8,224 nt of DNA from a virus, in IMG/VR virus record IMGVR_UViG_3300005099_000176, one strand, 5' to 3'. The notes beneath the pieces were generated by a model. It did no database searches, was not told the DNA's origin, and saw only the letters and a program-made list of their open reading frames with translations. A program made the translations under genes and the position numbers. Of this stretch, positions 1 to 5,188 are shown in pieces (within the stretch, counting starts at the first letter, position 1; each line of letters starts with the position of its first letter).

Positions 1-91
1 GCAAAAATCGACTCCGCCGGCGCAAATTAAATTCGGTCGATCACAGATTTACCGGATTTTGTCGGACCTCTCGAGCGAGCCTAGAACGGAA
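1..91. repeat. Terminal direct repeat, copy 1 (identical to 8134..8224); circular-genome overlap
   Basis: Base-by-base comparison: 1..91 equals 8134..8224 with no mismatch. It contains the rep stop codon (81..83). Confidence 0.95.
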
Positions 92-1565
92 CAAATCTAT
101 CCATGAGACCCGCCAAGTACTCAACCACGGCCGCATGGCCTCCAGACTCCGCGCGCTCCAGGAGAATCTGGCGAACATCGGCTTTCTGATGCAGGACGCA
201 ACGCCATTGCGTCGCCGTGATGCGGACCAGCTCGGCGGCGTCGTCGGCCTCCTCCTCGGCAATCTCTTCGTCCGACACCTGGACAATACCGAAAAGCTCC
301 TTGAGACCGTCCGACCAGATGATTTGCCGCTTGCCGAAAAACGCCTTCGCAAAGACCACGAACAGCGCACCGAAGCGCTTGTGCGAGCCGTCCGCACTTC
401 CGTCGTGATACAGCCTAAGCAAGTCGAAAGGAGTCAGGCTTTTAGCCTGGCCTACCTTGCTATGTTGCTTTGCCATCTCGGAGCCGACACCCCAACGCGG
501 CTCACGCCCGAACTTAGCGACGTACTCGGCGGCAGACTCCATGACGACGACGTTGACGCCCCTGGCCCTGTTCGGCAAGGGAAGGCCAGCAGCCAGGCAA
601 GCGGCACGCCACAAGGCGAACAGCTCGGACCGGAGTTGCCGCAGCCTGGTATCGGATAAGGGCTTCGAAGTCAGCCAAAGGGAATGCTCATGAGGATGCC
701 AGCCGTTAGAATCGCCGTAAGTGACCTCCAGGGCACGAACGTTACCAACATGGCCCATCCGCTGGACTAGCTCACGATAGGCCCTCTGGCGGCGCATACG
801 TGCCCTTGCGTCGGAAAAACGAGCCAGCCAGTCGGCCAGATCGTCGGAACGCTTGTGCGAAGTGGTCAAAGTAATCATGTACAGGCCACCACCTTGCTTC
901 TTGTGCAAGTCCGTCGCCTGGACGACCTCGTTTTTCCGACGCTCCGACACCTTGACGGCGCAAGGCGGACATGTCCATACAGACCCGCACACCATCAAGC
1001 CGCCGAAATGGGCCTTCTTCATCGAAGGGGAATACAAGACGGAAACCTCTGCCCCGACCTTGCGCCGGATGCAGCCCGAAACCCGCCATTGCGTGCCGCG
1101 AGGTGTTACCTCATTGGCAAGTAAGCGCCCTGCGCTGGACTGAGCACTGAGCCGGTTAGCACGAGCGTTCAAAACCGAGAATTCGGACGGGGTTTGAACG
1201 ACGAGTTGGCGGGACCTTGGATGAACCGTAAGTCTTTGAATTTCCCCGGTTTTTTCGTCTAAAACCTCGGTAAATCCGGCTCGTGATTCCGTGTTGTTAC
1301 CAAGGCCCTGCACCACCACCCCGCCCGCCCCCGCTTGCGCGTGGTCAGGCGTGGCGGCGGCACGGGCTTCGCGCTCCAGGCGGCGAACGTAAGCAGGGAA
1401 TCCCTTGGGTTCAAGAAGAGGCGGGGTTGCATCACGAGTCTCGCGATGACGTTGCATTGCTGCAACGTTTGACGCTTCCTGCTCGCGTCCAAATGCGAGT
1501 TTGCGCCGCAGTGTTTGAAGCTCTTGGCCCGTGTAGGGCTTGACTTCTGCTTTTTTATCCAACAA
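81..1565 (-). CDS. Rolling-circle replication initiator, HUH superfamily (pC194/pUB110 Rep_1-like motifs) with a long N-terminal extension
   Basis: The open frame runs 81..1628. Motifs read from the translation: YMITLTT (motif 1), WHPHEHSLW (HUH motif 2), AAEYVAKFG (catalytic Tyr motif 3), and the Cys cluster CGSVWTCPPCAVKVSERR that precedes motif 1 in Rep_1-type proteins. Start chosen at TTG 1565 because AGGAG lies at 1576..1580. The track start at 1628 is also TTG, has no SD sequence, and would place a hairpin/T9 element inside the gene. The start is uncertain (candidates 1628, 1568, 1565, 1562, 1457). Confidence 0.8.
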   Translation of the reverse strand: MLDKKAEVKPYTGQELQTLRRKLAFGREQEASNVAAMQRHRETRDATPPLLEPKGFPAYVRRLEREARAAATPDHAQAGAGGVVVQGLGNNTESRAGFTEVLDEKTGEIQRLTVHPRSRQLVVQTPSEFSVLNARANRLSAQSSAGRLLANEVTPRGTQWRVSGCIRRKVGAEVSVLYSPSMKKAHFGGLMVCGSVWTCPPCAVKVSERRKNEVVQATDLHKKQGGGLYMITLTTSHKRSDDLADWLARFSDARARMRRQRAYRELVQRMGHVGNVRALEVTYGDSNGWHPHEHSLWLTSKPLSDTRLRQLRSELFALWRAACLAAGLPLPNRARGVNVVVMESAAEYVAKFGREPRWGVGSEMAKQHSKVGQAKSLTPFDLLRLYHDGSADGSHKRFGALFVVFAKAFFGKRQIIWSDGLKELFGIVQVSDEEIAEEEADDAAELVRITATQWRCVLHQKADVRQILLERAESGGHAAVVEYLAGLMDRFVPF

Positions 1566-1610
1566 AATTTGCTCACTCCTACTACTTAGCCGTGGACGGA
1601 GAACAGCTAC

Positions 1611-1645
1611 AGAGGGGCCGGACTGCAATCCGGTCCTTTTTTTTT
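1611..1645 (+). terminator. Intrinsic-terminator-like hairpin plus T9, oriented on the plus strand (antisense to rep)
   Basis: An 8-bp stem, 1615..1622 (GGGCCGGA) paired with 1629..1636 (TCCGGTCC, one G-T wobble), and a 6-nt loop, followed directly by nine T (1637..1645). On the minus strand it reads A9 then hairpin with no following T-run. It could instead be an ssDNA origin or packaging hairpin. Confidence 0.4.
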
Positions 1646-1649
1646 GCCT

Positions 1650-1664
1650 GGTGCCGTTGGCACC
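1650..1664. other. Perfect hairpin GGTGCC-GTT-GGCACC in the rep-proximal intergenic region
   Basis: 6-bp perfect inverted repeat with a 3-nt loop, read directly. It lies in the non-coding region between the operator copy and the rep start. Confidence 0.5.
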
Positions 1665-1712
1665 GCTTGCGGCTCAAAAAGGTATTTCCCTCTGTTACTG
1701 AAACTGAACGCT

Positions 1713-1742
1713 ACTGTAAAACGTGTCAATGGGCATTGTCAA
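1713..1742 (-). promoter_or_regulatory. Candidate rep promoter (minus strand): TTGACA, 18-nt spacer, TACAGT
   Basis: On the minus strand, TTGACA is the complement of 1737..1742 and TACAGT is the complement of 1713..1718. The geometry matches the candidate promoter at 7769..7798 (TTGACA-18-TACATT). It overlaps the operator-like palindrome. The -10 matches only 4/6. Confidence 0.35.
1724..1741. promoter_or_regulatory. Operator-like palindrome O2: TGTCAATGGGCATTGTCA
   Basis: 17/18 identical to the reverse complement of the perfect palindrome at 7793..7810. It lies in non-coding DNA upstream of rep. Confidence 0.7.
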
Positions 1743-1760
1743 AGCCACTGTTGCCAACAC

Positions 1761-1870
1761 GCGCTCTGTAGGAGCGCTTTGGATGCCGGGGGTTCGCCCT
1801 TCGGGCTCCCTCGCTATTCGCTCGGCTTGAGCCGCCCCCGTTCCTCTGTTCGGGCTCAGTCGGGGCGGTC
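1761..1870. other. Cluster of GC-rich hairpins in the large intergenic region (candidate ori or packaging-signal region)
   Basis: GCGCTC-TGTAG-GAGCGC (1761..1777). GCCC-TTCG-GGC tetraloop-like hairpin (1796..1806). CCGCCCC (1832..1838) pairs with GGGGCGG (1862..1868), which competes with TGAGCC (1828..1833) pairing with GGCTCA (1853..1858). There is no credible ORF here. Confidence 0.4.
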
Positions 1871-1900
1871 TTCAGGACGGTGTTAGCAACGTGCAACATA

Positions 1901-2194
1901 TTAGCGTGGACGCAACAGACGATCACGCAGAATTTTCTCGGCGGCCTCACCCATCGTGACGGGCTTGCTGTCGGCATTCTTCCTGGCGACATAAGCGCGC
2001 AAGGCGTCAGCAACCTCCTTCGGCAACTTAATCGTGACAATCTCCAGGCCCTGGGCGGCGTCCCTAGCCCGCTGTTCACGCTTACGAGCCGCAGCAGCTG
2101 CTTTCAGCGACTTCTCATCTTGCGGCCTGGTAGGCGGTCGACCTGGACGCTTCGGTACACCAGGCAACTCGGAAGTAACATCGTCCTTACGCAT
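1901..2194 (-). CDS. Small basic DNA-binding protein, probable ribbon-helix-helix (CopG/Arc/ParG-like) regulator with a disordered Arg/Pro-rich N-terminal tail
   Basis: 97 aa. ATG at 2194 is preceded by GGAG (7-nt spacing). The C-terminal half reads as an RHH: beta strand IVTIKLPK, helix EVADALRAYVARK, helix TMGEAAEKILRDRLL. The N-terminus carries KRPGRPPTRP and RKREQRARD. Confidence 0.6.
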   Translation of the reverse strand: MRKDDVTSELPGVPKRPGRPPTRPQDEKSLKAAAAARKREQRARDAAQGLEIVTIKLPKEVADALRAYVARKNADSKPVTMGEAAEKILRDRLLRPR

Positions 2195-2348
2195 TGAGCT
2201 TCTCCACCACCGAATTCAACGCCTGCATCTCGGCACGCTCATCGTCAGAAATTGGCGACCGAACGTCCCACGCTTTCAATTCGGATGCGCGCATAAGTAA
2301 CGCCAAACGAATATGCCGCACTTCATCAGCTGTCAGTTCGATAGTCAT
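2187..2348 (-). CDS. Hypothetical 53-aa acidic helical protein, translationally coupled to the downstream RHH gene
   Basis: Hand translation: MTIELTADEVRHIRLALLMRASELKAWDVRSPISDDERAEMQALNSVVEKLNA. ATG at 2348 is preceded by AGGGGGA. The stop TAA (2187..2189) overlaps the next ATG (2194) by 8 nt. It falls below the ORF-track size cut-off. Confidence 0.5.
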   Translation of the reverse strand: MTIELTADEVRHIRLALLMRASELKAWDVRSPISDDERAEMQALNSVVEKLNA

Positions 2349-2372
2349 AGATCCCCCTGTGAAAGAACCTTT

Positions 2373-2420
2373 ATTATACGTGACTTGTCACAAGAACGGG
2401 AGTATTTTTTGTGACTTGTC
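2373..2420 (-). promoter_or_regulatory. Candidate promoter/operator of the 53-aa/RHH module: perfect -10 TATAAT flanked by GTGACTTGTC repeats
   Basis: On the minus strand, TATAAT is the complement of 2373..2378, about 25 nt upstream of the ATG at 2348. The palindrome GTGACTTGTCAC (2380..2391) abuts it. A second GTGACTTGTC lies at 2411..2420, 31 bp away (about three helical turns). No good -35 hexamer. Confidence 0.45.
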
Positions 2421-2436
2421 CGATAAATTTATAGGC

Positions 2437-3690
2437 CTATTCAGGAACAACGCGAGCCGACAGGATTAGAACCAGGTCCGTTTTACTGTTCGTCCCTTCC
2501 TGATTCCTCCAGGTCTTCGGCAGGAACGAGAAGCCCGCATCCCCACTGGAAGACTTTGCATCGTCCAGGCCGCCAATCACCAACACTTGACCGTCCGCCA
2601 CTGAGACCGACGTTTTAACCTGACGCTTGACCAGGGTAGGCGAGCCAGAGACCCCCGTCTTAGTCGCCTGGAAGGACGACACCTGACCGTCAACCAGGAG
2701 GGAAAGACGACCGGACCCAAGGACTTTAGGCAGTACGTCCAGAATCACACCGGAGGGGCGATACACAACGTTCTGGATTGGGTTGCCGACCTGGTCACGG
2801 CTGCTACTGGCGATAGTGGGAGTCTCATCACCGACCGACAGCGAAAGCCTCTCAGCGTCGTCACCCACCACGCGGGAGTTAGAAACCTGACGGAACCGAC
2901 CATCACCGGCCAACGCCTGAAGCACCAGGTCATACCGGCCAGCCCTGACCGAGAACCGCCCATCACCAGGCTCAATGGACACGCCGCCCAGGCGATCAGC
3001 CACAGCATCGGCCACCAGGGAAAGACCACGTGCATTCGTGCCGGTAGTCGTGACCTCGACAAAGGACGCCGACACTTCCACGACAGACGCCGGGACGTCC
3101 AGCTGCTCGACCAGGTCACGCACGGAATCAGCCTGATCCTCCAGGACCGAGACCACCAGGCGAGATCCGCCACCGGACACAGCGACGGGCGCACCGTAGA
3201 CCGTGTTAAGCACCTCAACCACGAAAGGGACCGCCCGATTCTTGAGCGTCAAGACCTGTACCTTCTTCTCAGCCTGGGGAGCTTGGACAACAGCAGGTTC
3301 CTCAACTGCTAGACCAGGTGCGGCCGGCGCCAGAGGTGCGGCCAATGCCGGCGACTCCGAGACCAGGGGCATTGACCCGCCGACAGGTGCAGGCTCCAGG
3401 AAGAAGATCGAACCACGCTCCACCGCCCTGATCCCGTGCGCCTGCAGCACGTTCTCAACGAAGCCAGGCACGGCAGACAACTCGATAGCCTTAACGTTGA
3501 CCGTAATCTTCTTCCCGCTGTTGACCAGGTCACTAGAAACCACGAAGTCACGACCAAGCAGGTTGCCATATGCGACCTTCGCGAAGTCCATCAACGGAAC
3601 CGCTGTGAAATTAAAAGCCACCGGCTCCGACCGGGCCGAAGACGCAAACACGCAAAAAGACACAAACAGGGACACAAACAAGCGCTTCAT
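2437..3690 (-). CDS. Phage-encoded outer-membrane secretin (pIV/GspD family)
   Basis: 417 aa. N-terminal signal peptide MKRLFVSLFVSFCVFASSARSEP. N0-like domain (NFTAVPLMDFAKVAYGNLLGRDFVV...KITVNVK). Ala/Pro linker. C-terminal secretin signature (GQVLVIGGLDD...FSFLPKTWRN...TDLVLILSARVV). The ATG (3690..3688) overlaps the upstream TGA (3689..3687) as ATGA. Confidence 0.85.
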   Translation of the reverse strand: MKRLFVSLFVSFCVFASSARSEPVAFNFTAVPLMDFAKVAYGNLLGRDFVVSSDLVNSGKKITVNVKAIELSAVPGFVENVLQAHGIRAVERGSIFFLEPAPVGGSMPLVSESPALAAPLAPAAPGLAVEEPAVVQAPQAEKKVQVLTLKNRAVPFVVEVLNTVYGAPVAVSGGGSRLVVSVLEDQADSVRDLVEQLDVPASVVEVSASFVEVTTTGTNARGLSLVADAVADRLGGVSIEPGDGRFSVRAGRYDLVLQALAGDGRFRQVSNSRVVGDDAERLSLSVGDETPTIASSSRDQVGNPIQNVVYRPSGVILDVLPKVLGSGRLSLLVDGQVSSFQATKTGVSGSPTLVKRQVKTSVSVADGQVLVIGGLDDAKSSSGDAGFSFLPKTWRNQEGTNSKTDLVLILSARVVPE

Positions 3691-4847
3691 TTCTGAACTC
3701 CCGACACTTCGATATTGCCCTCAAGGACAGCCGACCAACGACCGTCCCCATGCGTGCTAAACGAGACAGGCGTCTCGATACGTCCATCCTCCAGGAAGAT
3801 CAACACCCCGGACGAGCGACGCAAGAAACCGAGCGCCCCTGTGGGCTTGTCATGAACCTTGCCGATTGCCTTGACCGGCGATGGAGTGGGAGGGGGATCA
3901 GATGGCAGCAGGAAGGAACCACCCAGGCCAAGGCAAACGCCGAGGGCCAAAGCAAGAGCGAGAAACTTTGTCATGTGTGGATGCGGAGGCTTGAGAGGTA
4001 ACGCCCGAGGCTTGACCAAAACTAGATCGCCATGCCCAGGAAGGATAGGACCCTGCACGCCGTCAGGAAGCCCGATGCGGGCCGACAGATGCCAGGCCGA
4101 GAGCAAGCAGTGTGTGCCGTGCGGGTAGGTCTCCGAGAAGACCTGTGTCGTGTTGTAGGCGTCGTGCAGATCGTCGCCCTTGAATATCCAGCGATCAGCA
4201 ACCAGGGCGTCAGGGTTCGACCCCAAGCGGACGACAGCAACGTGCACCTTCGGCAGATTGCCCGACACGGCCCCGGCAGTCACGGCGGACACCAGGCCGG
4301 AGACGACGGGCACCTTCATGCGGTCCAACCTGGTCAAGCGGACCACGTACTCAAACAGGGACTCGCGTAGCTGCTTGTCCGCCTGGTTGATGTTCTGCAT
4401 GATGAAGAAGATATCCCAGCCATACTTACGCGCATGGATCATCCACTCCAGCAGTTCGGCCCTCCCCTTCTCAGAAAAGTTCCTGGTGTTGAGCCAAGAG
4501 CCGCATTCGTCCAGGACTAAAGCGCCGTTGTGCGCCTCATCGAAACCACGCAACATCACCGGCGACTTGATCGGTGCCGAACCCTTCCAGCCATCGACCG
4601 TATGCACCAGGTTAGGTTCAAAGGAGACGAACCGATTGCCGCTACCGATCATGTACAGGTCGGCGGCGCTAGGCTTGTCCGGGATGCGGATGACCGAAGC
4701 CGTCGACCGCTCGTCGGCCATGTGCTCCAGGAAGACGTCGCAGTTCGTAGCGACGCGCTTCCCCGCCCGCAGGTATTCGCGCAGCTTTTGCATACCGGCT
4801 TTGCCCTTGCCCGCACCGAGCTTGCCAGTGATCGCGTAGACGGCCAT
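3687..4847 (-). CDS. Zot/pI-like morphogenesis ATPase (inner-membrane assembly protein)
   Basis: Walker A sits at the N-terminus (MAVYAITGKLGAGKGK). Walker B is ALVLDECGSW. There is a single C-proximal TM segment, FLALALALGVCLGLGGSFLL. Start taken at ATG 4847, which overlaps the pVI-like stop (TAATG); the track ORF extends to 4925 but places 26 aa ahead of the P-loop, which is atypical. Confidence 0.85.
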   Translation of the reverse strand: MAVYAITGKLGAGKGKAGMQKLREYLRAGKRVATNCDVFLEHMADERSTASVIRIPDKPSAADLYMIGSGNRFVSFEPNLVHTVDGWKGSAPIKSPVMLRGFDEAHNGALVLDECGSWLNTRNFSEKGRAELLEWMIHARKYGWDIFFIMQNINQADKQLRESLFEYVVRLTRLDRMKVPVVSGLVSAVTAGAVSGNLPKVHVAVVRLGSNPDALVADRWIFKGDDLHDAYNTTQVFSETYPHGTHCLLSAWHLSARIGLPDGVQGPILPGHGDLVLVKPRALPLKPPHPHMTKFLALALALGVCLGLGGSFLLPSDPPPTPSPVKAIGKVHDKPTGALGFLRRSSGVLIFLEDGRIETPVSFSTHGDGRWSAVLEGNIEVSGVQK

Positions 4848-5185
4848 TACATTTTCACGATCATGTTGATGGCCTGCTTTTTGATCACGTACAACTGGCA
4901 CACGATCCAGACCGAGATGTAGCACCCGACGGCGGACAACGTGACCGTGTTAAACGCGATGCCCAGGCCCATAGCAACGGCCTGGTGAGCTTGAGCCATG
5001 CCGGAGATGGACGCCGCACACACGCCGGATACACACGACATCATCGCGGTGAACAAGGCCACGCCGAGCGACAACGCGACGGACCAGGCGGCGAGCCTTG
5101 CCGCTTTCTCCAGGACAAAGAAGCGGGCAAACAGTTTCAGGGCGACCGAGAACAGGCCGCCGAGGAAGGTAGCGAGTAAAGGCAT
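4847..5185 (-). CDS. pVI-like hydrophobic minor virion protein
   Basis: 112 aa with several hydrophobic segments. It sits between the pIII-like and pI-like genes, as gene VI does in Ff phages. GAGGA lies 7 nt upstream of the ATG at 5185. Confidence 0.65.
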   Translation of the reverse strand: MPLLATFLGGLFSVALKLFARFFVLEKAARLAAWSVALSLGVALFTAMMSCVSGVCAASISGMAQAHQAVAMGLGIAFNTVTLSAVGCYISVWIVCQLYVIKKQAINMIVKM

Positions 5186-5188
5186 GGG

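Noticed and set aside
15-40. Possible XerC/D dif-like attP around GGCGCAAATTAAATTCGG
   Set aside because: Only a GCGCA core and an AT-rich centre resemble dif. There is no match to the conserved XerD arm (TTATGTTAAAT) on either strand, which is too weak to call.
68-77. 10-bp direct repeat CTCTCGAGCG (also at 8125..8134) and GCGCAAA repeats spaced 21 bp apart
   Set aside because: They are short enough to recur by chance at this spacing. They are noted only as part of the intergenic region, with no iteron array (two copies only).
135-659. 174-aa plus-strand ORF (with nested 217..408 and 457..693 ORFs) antisense to rep
   Set aside because: It lies opposite the conserved Rep C-terminal region (EYVAKF motif, QIIWSDGLKELFG). 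It has no SD and a low-complexity, Arg/Leu/Gly/Asp-rich composition typical of shadow ORFs in GC-rich DNA.
772-1576. Assorted 86-105-aa ORFs on both strands inside rep (772..1089, 853..1143, 855..1124, 1259..1576, 1283..1543)
   Set aside because: They are alternative frames or antisense to a motif-supported gene. They are Arg/Pro-rich and have no start-site signals.
1644-1886. 80-aa plus-strand ORF spanning the intergenic region
   Set aside because: It begins at a TTG inside the T9 run with no SD, and it runs straight through the operator and hairpin cluster. Its Cys/Arg/Ser-rich translation looks non-coding.
1726-2300. ORFs overlapping the RHH gene in other frames or on the other strand (1726..2079 -, 1880..2197 +, 2034..2300 +, 2194..2469 +)
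   Set aside because: The frames at 1901..2194 and 2187..2348 have SDs, stop/start coupling and a recognisable fold pattern. These alternatives have none of those.
3367-3376. GGGCATTGAC, a 10-nt partial match to the operator, inside the secretin gene
   Set aside because: It is a half-site only with no symmetric partner, and it lies in coding DNA, so it is compatible with chance.
2745-3760. ORFs inside or antisense to the secretin gene (2745..3218 -, 3309..3569 -, 3203..3760 +, 3436..3696 +)
   Set aside because: Shadow frames of a gene with clear secretin motifs.
3972-3974. In-frame internal ATG (MTKFLALALALG...) just before the Zot TM segment, as a possible gene XI analogue
   Set aside because: The position mimics Ff pXI, but the upstream sequence (AAGCCTCCGCATCCACAC) has no SD-like element. 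The sequence alone does not support it.
4848-4925. 26-codon N-terminal extension of the Zot-like ORF (track start 4925)
   Set aside because: It would place 26 residues ahead of the N-terminal P-loop and overlap the pVI-like gene by 79 nt. The ATG at 4847 gives the classic TAATG coupling and a Zot-like N-terminus (MAVYAITGKLGAGKGK).
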